Below are positions 20,472 to 28,494 of a stretch of DNA of 64,000 nucleotides, piece after piece. How positions within the stretch are numbered: the stretch's first letter is position 1; each line of letters starts with the position of its first letter. Below the pieces are notes generated by a model. That model made no database searches, had not been told where the DNA came from, and worked only from the letters and a program-made list of their open reading frames with translations. This stretch comes from Coriobacteriia bacterium (GTDB taxonomy: Bacteria; Actinomycetota; Coriobacteriia; Anaerosomatales; Anaerosomataceae). Position numbers and translations under genes: made by a program. The stretch covers positions 5,451-69,450 of the forward strand of contig JAUSOQ010000038.1 in the NCBI GenBank assembly GCA_030655755.1. The letters are read 5' to 3'.

Positions 20472-20563
20472 GGTTTCGCAATCATCCTGCCGATGTATGA
20501 TGCGTAGTAGTGTGTGCATCATCACATGGTGATGCCGAACGGCAGCAAGGCAGAGAGAGACGC

Positions 20564-21376
20564 ATGATGCGGATAGCCAAGACCAGGTTCCGCCTGGGAC
20601 GCGTACGGTCAGGCATCCTCGCCGTGCTTGTCCTATGCCTTCTCGCATCAGTGAGTCCTCTCGCATACGCCGTCGTCGCCTCGGCAGGTCCTACCACGAC
20701 TCTTTCCTCGTACTACGCAGGGGCAACGGATGTCACCTACGAGTTCGGGACCTTTGCTATGGAGGCCGGCGAGACCCTTTTTATGATCGAGTTCACATTC
20801 ACGGGGGACGCAAACGTGACGGCGGCAACACTGCTCGAGCCCGCGGGGACACTCTCGGTGTCAGGACAGACCGTGAGTATCGCAGTGTCGCCCACGCTGC
20901 CGCCTAGCACCGAGTTCGTTGTCCGTATCGGTGGCGTCACCAACCCGACGACGCCGGGTGACTATCCGCTGAACGGCCCTTATACGAGGATCTCTTTCTC
21001 CTACAAGAACGCGAAACTCCAAACCAAGACGGACAGCATACTCATAGCCCACTACACCATCACCGAAGCGCCGTTCCTCACCATGACGATTCCCACCGCT
21101 GACATCGACTTTGGAACCGTGGAGCCCGACGCAGCAGTGCCCTATGGCCCCGGCACGATCCAGGTGGACGTCACGTCCAACTACGGCTACACACTGACCC
21201 GCGAGACGACAGGCGATGTCGCGAGCCTGGGTCTCGTGATCACTGGCGACGCTGCCGGATCGAAGAATGCGGGCACGTCGTCCTACTACGACGCCGTCAC
21301 CATCCTTCCTGATTGGAACACCCCTGCCGGGGTTCCCCTGGTCGCCACGGTGACATACACCGCAGCCATCCCGTAG
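20564..21376 (+). CDS. Secreted two-domain beta-rich protein; C-terminal domain is paralogous to the next gene
   Basis: ATG at 20564. Signal peptide RFRLGRVRSGILAVLVLCLLASVSPLAYA. C-terminal LTMTIPTADIDFGTVEPD...VDVTSNYGYTLTRETTGD...ILPDWNTPAG...VTYTAAIP aligns with the 21584 gene. Confidence 0.7.
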   Translation: MMRIAKTRFRLGRVRSGILAVLVLCLLASVSPLAYAVVASAGPTTTLSSYYAGATDVTYEFGTFAMEAGETLFMIEFTFTGDANVTAATLLEPAGTLSVSGQTVSIAVSPTLPPSTEFVVRIGGVTNPTTPGDYPLNGPYTRISFSYKNAKLQTKTDSILIAHYTITEAPFLTMTIPTADIDFGTVEPDAAVPYGPGTIQVDVTSNYGYTLTRETTGDVASLGLVITGDAAGSKNAGTSSYYDAVTILPDWNTPAGVPLVATVTYTAAIP

Positions 21377-21403
21377 GAACCCCGTACACAGAGCCGCAGC
21401 CTC

Positions 21404-21421
21404 ACCGTTCATCCGTTCAAC
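21404..21421 (+). promoter_or_regulatory. Tandem overlapping ACCGTTC-type boxes (ACCGTTCATC / TCCGTTCAAC)
   Basis: Read directly and verified against the frame of ORF 20861..21424. Lies in the intergenic region upstream of the 21584 gene. Confidence 0.4.
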
Positions 21422-21583
21422 CATCCTTGTGTGCCTTCTGTCACACTATTCTGCCGTACGGCAAGAGCGTATTCATTTCCATACAGCTCCGCCCGATAGA
21501 GGAATCAGAACGAGCCGGCGCGAGTTCTACGAAATCAAATCAAGTCTCGATACGCAGTCTGTCTCAAGGAGGAGAAGAGAGAA

Positions 21584-22045
21584 ATGAAGAAGACACTTCT
21601 GATAGGGATCGTCGCAGCGGCACTGGTCATGGGAATGGTCGCGTACGCGACAGCAGCGACAACCACCGCAACAGTCAGCGCAACGGTCAACCCGAAGCTC
21701 GAGATCACGACGAATGCCACGAGCATCACCTTCGATGCCGTGGATCCCGGTGCCACGAACACCAAGTCCACGACGTTCACAGTCAAGTCGAACAACAGGT
21801 TCACCGTCGCCAGAAGCGAAGTGGTGGGAGACTACCTGCATCCCGTCGTAGCCAATGATTCCTACAACTACAGCGACTTCTCGACCGACATGCATGTTTC
21901 CTATGCGGATCTCGACCAGGGCACCGGCGCCTACGCCAAGGGCGGAGCCGTTGAGGTCAAGGACACCCTCACGATTGCACCCACCTGGGATGTCGCCTCT
22001 GGTGCCTACTCCGGTGCGTATCTGTACACCGTGACCCAGATCTAA
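21584..22045 (+). CDS. Secreted small beta-rich protein (paralog of the C-terminal domain of the 20564 gene)
   Basis: AAGGAGGAG Shine-Dalgarno. Signal peptide MKKTLLIGIVAAALVMGMVAYATA. LEITTNATSITFDAVDPGATNTKSTTFTVKSNNRFTVARSEVVGD...TIAPTWDVASG...LYTVTQI. Followed by a strong terminator. Confidence 0.75.
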   Translation: MKKTLLIGIVAAALVMGMVAYATAATTTATVSATVNPKLEITTNATSITFDAVDPGATNTKSTTFTVKSNNRFTVARSEVVGDYLHPVVANDSYNYSDFSTDMHVSYADLDQGTGAYAKGGAVEVKDTLTIAPTWDVASGAYSGAYLYTVTQI

Positions 22046-22089
22046 CGCCGCGCCGGCAGGTGAGTGTCTGACTCACCCAGGGTCTCGGA

Positions 22090-22122
22090 GAACCCGCCTG
22101 GAATCCAGGCGGGTTCTTTCTT
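22090..22122 (+). terminator. Intrinsic terminator after the 21584 gene
   Basis: GAACCCGCCTGGAATCCAGGCGGGTTC (11-13 bp stem) followed by TTTCTT. Confidence 0.8.
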
Positions 22123-22129
22123 GCGTCCC

Positions 22130-22164
22130 AAATGACCGTTCGTCCTCTACATGAACGGTCATTT
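22130..22164. promoter_or_regulatory. 12-bp inverted repeat AAATGACCGTTC-N11-GAACGGTCATTT containing a perfect ACCGTTCGTC box (22135-22144)
   Basis: Read directly; coordinates verified against the frame of ORF 21969..22178. Could be a protein operator or an RNA hairpin. Confidence 0.5.
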
Positions 22165-22216
22165 CCCTGGATTCCCAAGCGTATCTAGCTAGCCATTCAT
22201 CCGTTAGTAGTCCGCA

Positions 22217-22264
22217 ACCGTTCATTCGTCACACACTCATACCGTTCGTCTACCGATAAACGGT
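22217..22264. promoter_or_regulatory. Cluster of ACCGTTC boxes: ACCGTTCATT (22217-22226,+), perfect ACCGTTCGTC (22241-22250,+), ACCGTTTATC (22255-22264,-)
   Basis: Read directly; coordinates verified codon by codon against ORF 22197..22529. Lies 40-90 nt upstream of the 22303 gene start. Confidence 0.5.
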
Positions 22265-22302
22265 ATAGCAGACGAGAACAACGGCAACGGATGGGGGTGT
22301 GA

Positions 22303-22590
22303 GTGATGAAGCGGACGATCGTAGCGGTCCTGACCGCAGCGGTGCTCATCATCTCCCTGCTCCCCGCCGTGGCAGCCGCAGACAGCGGAACCGTCAATGT
22401 GAGCGTCCACGTGGGCGAGCGCATCGTGCTCACCCCAACAGCAGACGGAGTCACCGTACAGGCCAACATCCCGTGGCAGCTGGTCGTCGATACGACCGAG
22501 GGCGCACTCACCGTGACCGGTGAGCCCACAAGCGGCTACCGGGTGGAGCTTCCCGAGACAGCCACAGCGTACTGGGTGGTCACCGACTAA
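22303..22590 (+). CDS. Secreted small protein (95 aa) with W-x-L-like motifs
   Basis: GTG 22303 / ATG 22306 after GGGGGTG. Signal peptide MKRTIVAVLTAAVLIISLLPAVAAA. Mature part is beta-rich and contains PWQL and a terminal YWVV. Confidence 0.65.
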   Translation: MMKRTIVAVLTAAVLIISLLPAVAAADSGTVNVSVHVGERIVLTPTADGVTVQANIPWQLVVDTTEGALTVTGEPTSGYRVELPETATAYWVVTD

Positions 22591-22638
22591 GAAGAGATAT
22601 CCTCACCGTTCGGCGCGGTAGAAGGAGAGCCTGCTGAG

Positions 22639-23691
22639 CTACTCGGCAGGCTCTTCGGATTCAGCGGACACGTCTACATCAGCCGGGGCGACCTTCTCCG
22701 CACGTCGCACTCTGCGGTGCGCAGCCCTGACAGCCTGCTTCCACGACAGATACATCAAGATGAGCGCCACAACAACGACCACGACGATCGCCAACCACAG
22801 CGGCGCGATCCACACGGTCCGGTCCTTGACCACCTGATCTTGGATCGTCGACCCGGGAGAAGCTCCCTCGCGGGGGTACTCCACCGTGAGCCTGGCCGTG
22901 AAACGACCCAACGTGGGGATGCCCTCGGCCACGCCGGAGCGTTCGAGATTGGTTCCCGCATACACTACCGTCTCCGACGCCACCGCGCTGCCCCATACCT
23001 CGTTCTCATCACCGTCGAGCAGCGCCAGTCTGGCTGTGACCATCTTGTCGATGTTGCCTTCGTTGCGGATCAGGAAGACCCACGGCATCTCATTACCCAG
23101 AATGGGGCTGCGTACACTGAAGGGCCGCACATCCATGCGCTCGACAAGTTCACCCTGTACGCGGATACGTATACGCGCACCCAGCCTACCCGCCACCTTC
23201 GCAGATGACCCCTCGGAGGTGTCATCGGGCGTGAGCATCTCGAAGAAGAGCAGCATCTGGTGGTCTCCGGGGGCCACTTCCTCCGGAACCGTGAAGGAGA
23301 ACTTCACCGGCGTTCGCTCACCAGGCGCAAGCGTTATCAACGGCGTGTTGCCCAGCGACTGCGTCGAGCTGGGGATTTGAATACTGATCCACGCCGTAGG
23401 ATTGGACGCGAAACCTTCCGAGGTCCTATTAGGAACCTCGTAGGTGACGCCGCCCTTCTCGTCGATGACCTGGACGCCGGAGTAGACGAGGACATCGAGT
23501 GTCTCATCGCCGTCGTTCATCACCACGAGTTCGCCCTCACCGCTCCCCCCTGGAGCGACTGAGAAGTCGAACGACCCGGTGGAAAGCCCGAGTGTCCTCT
23601 CGGCCACCGCAGTGCCGGGAAGCAGGGCGACCGCCAACATGCAGGCAAGCGCGATGACGGTCAATCGGCGGCGGAACGTCACGCCGCGCAT
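22639..23691 (-). CDS. Cell-surface protein resembling DUF916/DUF3324 (WxL-interacting, CscA-like): signal peptide, two beta domains, C-terminal TM anchor
   Basis: Signal peptide MRGVTFRRRLTVIALACMLAVALLPGTAVA. FDFSVAPGGSGEGELVVMNDGDETLDVLVY...GGVTYEV...ITLAPGERTPVKFSFTVPEEVAPGDH. C-terminal WLAIVVVVVVALILMYL followed by a basic tail. Family assignment is from memory of the domain patterns. Confidence 0.75.
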   Translation of the reverse strand: MRGVTFRRRLTVIALACMLAVALLPGTAVAERTLGLSTGSFDFSVAPGGSGEGELVVMNDGDETLDVLVYSGVQVIDEKGGVTYEVPNRTSEGFASNPTAWISIQIPSSTQSLGNTPLITLAPGERTPVKFSFTVPEEVAPGDHQMLLFFEMLTPDDTSEGSSAKVAGRLGARIRIRVQGELVERMDVRPFSVRSPILGNEMPWVFLIRNEGNIDKMVTARLALLDGDENEVWGSAVASETVVYAGTNLERSGVAEGIPTLGRFTARLTVEYPREGASPGSTIQDQVVKDRTVWIAPLWLAIVVVVVVALILMYLSWKQAVRAAHRRVRRAEKVAPADVDVSAESEEPAE

Positions 23692-24434
23692 CAGATACCC
23701 ACCGCGCCGCGGAACTCTTTGACCTGACGCCGTGCCACGGGGATCTGGGTCTCATCCCGGTCCACAACGACCACGACATAGGAGCCATCGACGCGCAGGA
23801 TCTCCTTCACGCGGTTCAGGTTGATCATGTAGCTGCGATGCACGCGCTGGAAGACGTCTTTGGAGAGCTTCTCTTCCAGATCGCTCAGCGTGAGGTCCAC
23901 GAGGTACTGGTTCTCGTAGGTGTGCACGTAGGTGGACTTGTTCTTCGCTGAGATGTAGATGATGTCCTCGATATTGAGCAGCACCGTGCGGCCACCTTTG
24001 CGGACGGCGAGTTTGCGAAAGTCGCCTTCACCCGCCAGACCGGGAGCAGCGACAGCCGGACGCACACGCACCAGACTGCGGACTCGGGCGGACAGCTCCA
24101 TGAGATTGAACGGCTTGGTGACGTACTGCTGCACGCCTTGTTTGAAGGCGAGTATCTTGGCGAGATCTTGAGTCTTGGCTGTGAGCATGATCACGGGGAT
24201 GTCGGCGGTCGCCGGGTTGTTGCGGATCTCCATGAGCGCCATCCAGCCGTCGACGCGCGGCATCATGATGTCCAGCAAGATGACGTCGACCGGCTCCCGA
24301 TCGAGCACCTCAAGGGCTTCGGCGCCATCACCCGCACTGACGACATGCATGCCGTCGGCTTCAAACCCCATGCGGATCATCTCTTGGATGGACACGTCGT
24401 CGTCGACGACCAGCACGTTGATAGGATCCGACAT
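23691..24434 (-). CDS. Response regulator with REC + LytTR DNA-binding domain (no adjacent kinase)
   Basis: ATG 24434 after GAGGAGG. VLVVDDD...DVILLDIMMP receiver and a C-terminal LytTR pattern (IIYISAKNKSTYVHTYENQYLVDLTLSDLEEKL...FQRVHRSYMINLNRV). Its stop codon shares 1 nt with the start codon of the 22639 gene. Confidence 0.9.
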   Translation of the reverse strand: MSDPINVLVVDDDVSIQEMIRMGFEADGMHVVSAGDGAEALEVLDREPVDVILLDIMMPRVDGWMALMEIRNNPATADIPVIMLTAKTQDLAKILAFKQGVQQYVTKPFNLMELSARVRSLVRVRPAVAAPGLAGEGDFRKLAVRKGGRTVLLNIEDIIYISAKNKSTYVHTYENQYLVDLTLSDLEEKLSKDVFQRVHRSYMINLNRVKEILRVDGSYVVVVVDRDETQIPVARRQVKEFRGAVGI

Positions 24435-24551
24435 TGACCCTCCTCGGCCTGCAGGCCTGTCTGCCACAGGCGAACGACCATTCATCGCTTGGCGGCGCCG
24501 AACATCAGGACGTTTCGCTTGCAGAGTATACCGCACGTCTGACCCGACGCA

Positions 24552-25994
24552 CTACTGAGAACGGGTCACCAACCACTCATCTATCGCCTGTGCAGCACGC
24601 TTTCCTGCTCCCATGGCCAGGATGACCGTTGCAGAACCGGTCACGATGTCCCCACCGGCGAACACACCAGGCTTCGAGGTCGCGCCCTGCTCGTCAGCCA
24701 TGATGTACCCGCGCCTCGTCAGCTCAAGGTCCGGCGTCGTCTTCGTCAGCAGCGGGTTCGCACGCGTGCCCACCGCGACGATGACCGTGTCGCAGTCGAT
24801 CGTGAACTCGGAGTCCAAAACACACACTGGCGCGCGGCGTCCGCTCTCGTCCGGCTCGCCAAGCTCCATCCGTGTCGCTACCAGACCGGTCACCCAACCA
24901 TCGTGCCCCTCTATCCGGGAAGGCGAGCACAGCATCTTGAACTCGATGCCCTCCTCGCGCGCATGGTGCACTTCTTCTTTACGTGCAGGCATCTCTTCCT
25001 CGCTGCGCCGGTAGACCAAGAAGACATCCTCGGCGCCCAGGCGTTTGGCGGTACGCGCCGAGTCCATAGCAACGTTGCCGCCGCCGATGACCGCGACCTT
25101 GTGGCCGCGCCACACAGGCGTGTCCGCCTTGGGGAACTCATAGCCACGCATGAGATTCACGCGCGTGAGGAACTCGTTGGCCGAGTACACGCCGTTGAGG
25201 TTCTCTCCCGATATGCCGAGAAACACCGGCAGGCCGGCCCCGTTGCCGACGAACACCGCATCGTATCCCTGCTCGGTCAGCAACTCATCGACGGTGTAGG
25301 TGGCGCCAACGACGACGTCGGTGACGAACTCCACGCCCATGATACCGAGCATCTCGATCTCAGCTTGGACGATCGCCTTTGGCAGGCGGAACTCGGGAAT
25401 GCCGTAGGTGAGCACACCGCCCAAGGCGTGCAGGGACTCGAACACCGTCACACCGTGGCCGAAGCGCCGAAGCTCGCCCGCACACGCGAGTCCTGCGGGG
25501 CCGGAGCCCACGACCGCCACCCGCAAGCCAGTGTCCGCGCCTACCTCGGGCTCGCAGCGTTCGCCGAGTTCGCACGCAAGGTCGAAATCACCCAACCAGC
25601 GCTCGAGCCGCCCGATAGCGACCGGCTGACCCTTCTTGCCGAGCACGCAAGCCGCCTCGCACTGCTCTTCTTGCGGACACACGCGGCCGCAGACCGCAGG
25701 CAGCGCGTTGCGCTCTTTCAGCACCGCCACTCCCTCGGCATACTCGGCGTCGATGATGTGGCGGATGAAGGACTTGATGTCGATATTGACCGGGCACCCC
25801 TCGATACAGGTGGGGTTCTTACACTGCAGGCAGCGGTCCGCTTCCGCCTTCGCCTGCTCCTGCGTGTAGCCGAGGTTCACCTCATCGAAGTCGCGAGCCC
25901 GCTCGGCAGCGGGGCGCTCGGGCATTGCCACGCGCGGTCCACGAGAGGGCTTGTGGCGCGGCTTCTCACCGCCGGGGGCATCTACTTGTGGCAT
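24552..25994 (-). CDS. nfnB: GltD/NfnB-family NADPH-dependent oxidoreductase (glutamate synthase small-subunit-like, 2x[4Fe-4S] + FAD/NAD)
   Basis: ATG 25994 after AAGGGAG. CLQCKNPTCIEGCPV and VAVVGSGPAGLACAG motifs. Paired with an upstream PyrK-like subunit, as in NfnAB. Confidence 0.85.
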   Translation of the reverse strand: MPQVDAPGGEKPRHKPSRGPRVAMPERPAAERARDFDEVNLGYTQEQAKAEADRCLQCKNPTCIEGCPVNIDIKSFIRHIIDAEYAEGVAVLKERNALPAVCGRVCPQEEQCEAACVLGKKGQPVAIGRLERWLGDFDLACELGERCEPEVGADTGLRVAVVGSGPAGLACAGELRRFGHGVTVFESLHALGGVLTYGIPEFRLPKAIVQAEIEMLGIMGVEFVTDVVVGATYTVDELLTEQGYDAVFVGNGAGLPVFLGISGENLNGVYSANEFLTRVNLMRGYEFPKADTPVWRGHKVAVIGGGNVAMDSARTAKRLGAEDVFLVYRRSEEEMPARKEEVHHAREEGIEFKMLCSPSRIEGHDGWVTGLVATRMELGEPDESGRRAPVCVLDSEFTIDCDTVIVAVGTRANPLLTKTTPDLELTRRGYIMADEQGATSKPGVFAGGDIVTGSATVILAMGAGKRAAQAIDEWLVTRSQ

Positions 25995-26821
25995 GAGCAC
26001 TCCCTTGAATACTCGGCGTCAGCAAGGCGCTCGTCATCGACGTAGACGCGCTGGCGGCTCATGAGCTCCTCGAAGTCCACAAGGTGGCCGTCGAAGTCAG
26101 GGCCGTCGACACAGCCGAACTTGGTCTCCCCGCCCACGGTCACGCGACAGGCTCCGCACATGCCGGTGCCATCGACCATGATCGGGTTGAGGGAGACCGT
26201 CGTGGGTACGTCGAACTCTTTGGTGGTCGCAGCACAGAACTTCATCATGATCACGGGGCCGATCGCCATCGCGTGATCCAGCACACCGGCCGCAGACAGC
26301 TCCTTCAGCGGCGCAGTCACAAGATCCTTGCGTCCGGCGGAGCCATCATCGGTGCACACGATGAGCTCTGTGAGCGGCAGCGCCTTGAACTCGTCTTCGA
26401 GTATCAGCAGATCGTCGTTCCGCGCACCGAGTATCACGGTGACCTCGTTTCCCGCGGCAACCATCGCTCGGGCGACCGGATACGCCACTGCGGCGCCAAC
26501 GCCGCCACCCACGACCGCGACCCGCCCGAGCCCGTCTACATGCGTCGGTACGCCCAGCGGACCGACCACATCGACAAGCGCATCACCCACCTCGAAATGC
26601 GACAGCTTGTGCGTCGTCTTGCCGACGCGCATGAAGATGAACCGGATCCAGCCTTCCTCGGCAGACCAATCGGAGAACGTGAGCGGGATACGCTCGCCGT
26701 TCTCGTCCACTCTAAGCATGAGGAACTGCCCGGCTTTGGCCTTGCGAGCGATGGCGGGCGCCTGAACACCCATCTCGAAGACGGATTCCGAGAGCTGGCG
26801 CTTGTGGATGATGGTGAACAT
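25982..26821 (-). CDS. nfnA: PyrK-like FAD/NAD(P)/[2Fe-2S] subunit (NfnA-like; sulfide/dihydroorotate dehydrogenase-like)
   Basis: 279 aa. FTIIHKRQLSESVFEMGVQAPAIARKAKAGQFLMLRV...RIPLT and a C-terminal CGACRV...CVDGP cluster motif. 13-nt overlap with nfnB. Confidence 0.85.
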   Translation of the reverse strand: MFTIIHKRQLSESVFEMGVQAPAIARKAKAGQFLMLRVDENGERIPLTFSDWSAEEGWIRFIFMRVGKTTHKLSHFEVGDALVDVVGPLGVPTHVDGLGRVAVVGGGVGAAVAYPVARAMVAAGNEVTVILGARNDDLLILEDEFKALPLTELIVCTDDGSAGRKDLVTAPLKELSAAGVLDHAMAIGPVIMMKFCAATTKEFDVPTTVSLNPIMVDGTGMCGACRVTVGGETKFGCVDGPDFDGHLVDFEELMSRQRVYVDDERLADAEYSRECSCHK

Positions 26822-26923
26822 GGGCGACCTTCCGGTCGTGGACTACACTTGGTGCGGGCATGACGCCCGTGACATCCGACCAGTATACTAGCCGTCCGTA
26901 CCGAGGCAACAAGGAGGGGACGC

Positions 26924-27952
26924 GTGCGCAGGATCGTCACGATCGCAGTCGCTCTCGCGCTCGGCGCATGCCTTGTCGGCTGCGCCCTCGCCGACAAGCC
27001 GATCGTTGTCAGTCGCGTCACGCTCGGCACCGCTGTGAAGATCACCGCATATGGAGACGCGAACGCAGCTCGCGATGCCGCAGACGGCGCCTTCTTAGTG
27101 ATGGACGATGTGTCCGCCGAACTCGACGCCTACTCGCAGGACACTCCGGTCTCGCGCTTCAACCAAGACCCTTACACGCCTCAGGAGCTCTCCACGCGCG
27201 CTCTGACCGTCCTTGACGCCATCGAGCGACTGGACGTGGCCGAGAGCTTCTCCCCGGCATTGCTCGGCGTCTCAGCGCTCTACGGGTTCGAATCGAGTGA
27301 GACGGTGCCGTCCACCCTCCAACTCGAGGTCGCCGTCGCCGCAGCGGACTCGTTCTCTCGCGACGCCGGTCTTGCGAGCTTCACGATGCGGACGAGCGAT
27401 GGCGTGCCGCCTCCGGGCCTCGACTTCGGCGGCGCCGCCAAGGGTCTCGGGCTCGACGAAGCGCTCGATGGACTCCGTGCGGGTGGCGTGACCGACGTGG
27501 TCGTCTCGGCGGGCAGCACCACGGTCACACTCGGCAAGAAGCCCGACGACGAGCCCTGGCGCATCGGCATCGAAGATCCGCGAGATGAAGAACGGGTGCT
27601 CGCCGTGGTGGAAGCGCTCGTGCCCTGCGCGGTCTCGACCTCGGGCGACTATCAGCGCTACTTCGAGTTCGACGGCGTACGCTACCACCACATCCTCAAC
27701 CCCGTAACCGGCGTTTCGGCACACGGACTGCGCTCACTCACGGTGTTCGGACCGCTCGATACGCTTTCCGGGCTCGATGCGGACATCCTGTCCACGGCCC
27801 TGTTCGTCATGGGCGCCCAGAAAGCCGAGACCTACGCGCGAGCGCGCGGCCTCGGCCTCTACATGGTGGACGACGAAGGACGGACACTCGTGGTGCCCGC
27901 CCCTGAAGACTGCGGTGTGCGCCTCGTCGTGGAGACCGAGCCGATTCGCTAG
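26924..27952 (+). CDS. apbE: FAD:protein FMN transferase ApbE, lipoprotein
   Basis: Lipobox LVGC. GGAAKGLGLDEA, VSTSGDYQRYFEFDGVRYHHILNPVTG and TALFVMG motifs. Confidence 0.9.
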   Translation: MRRIVTIAVALALGACLVGCALADKPIVVSRVTLGTAVKITAYGDANAARDAADGAFLVMDDVSAELDAYSQDTPVSRFNQDPYTPQELSTRALTVLDAIERLDVAESFSPALLGVSALYGFESSETVPSTLQLEVAVAAADSFSRDAGLASFTMRTSDGVPPPGLDFGGAAKGLGLDEALDGLRAGGVTDVVVSAGSTTVTLGKKPDDEPWRIGIEDPRDEERVLAVVEALVPCAVSTSGDYQRYFEFDGVRYHHILNPVTGVSAHGLRSLTVFGPLDTLSGLDADILSTALFVMGAQKAETYARARGLGLYMVDDEGRTLVVPAPEDCGVRLVVETEPIR

Positions 27953-28356
27953 ATGTACTGCTTCACGATGCCGTAGACGACCGGCATCTCCCACATCTCG
28001 CCATTCCACGCCTTCACCGCGCCGATGATCGCGAGGACCAGCCAGGCGGGATAGACAAGCGCCCATCCGATAACGGCGAGGACCTGGATGACGGGTACTG
28101 CGCTCAGAACGCCAAGGACGACGTTCGCAGCGATCAGGACAATCGCAAGACCCAACGCCTGGATGGCGTGATGGCGGATGAACTTCTCGTCTTTGTACGG
28201 CTCTATGAGGATGGCGATCAGGGCGACGATGCCGGTCAGATAGCCGACAGCGGCGAGAATCTTGCTCGTATCGCTGGCGGGTCCGTAGCCACCACCTACG
28301 GGTGCCACGGGGGGTGTTGCGGGAGCGGGAGGTGGGCCAGTATAGTCATCAGACAT
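27949..28356 (-). CDS. DUF4870-family membrane protein with Pro-rich N-terminus
   Basis: ATG 28356 after GAGGAGAGG. ILAAVGYLTGIVALIAILIEPYKDEKFIRHHAIQAL pattern. The longer 279-aa ORF extension was rejected. Confidence 0.7.
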   Translation of the reverse strand: MSDDYTGPPPAPATPPVAPVGGGYGPASDTSKILAAVGYLTGIVALIAILIEPYKDEKFIRHHAIQALGLAIVLIAANVVLGVLSAVPVIQVLAVIGWALVYPAWLVLAIIGAVKAWNGEMWEMPVVYGIVKQYI

Positions 28357-28494
28357 GCAGATCATCCTCTCCTCGGTTGCTGCGCGGCAATCGAGTGCCG
28401 CGTCCCTCGATTGCAGTATACCCGTACACCCTGGTAAACTGACCATTGATAGCGCCTTCCAGCGGGGTTTTCTTACCCTGGAGGAGACACACCA

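Noticed and set aside
22626-22654. Hairpin AGAGCCTGC-N11-GCAGGCTCT between the convergent 22303 and 22639 genes
   Set aside because: The 3' arm lies inside the last codons of the 22639 gene, the loop is long, and there is no clear U-tract. It is too weak to call a terminator.
24903-26045. 380-aa ORF on the plus strand
   Set aside because: It is antisense to the GltD/NfnB-like gene. It is a shadow ORF.
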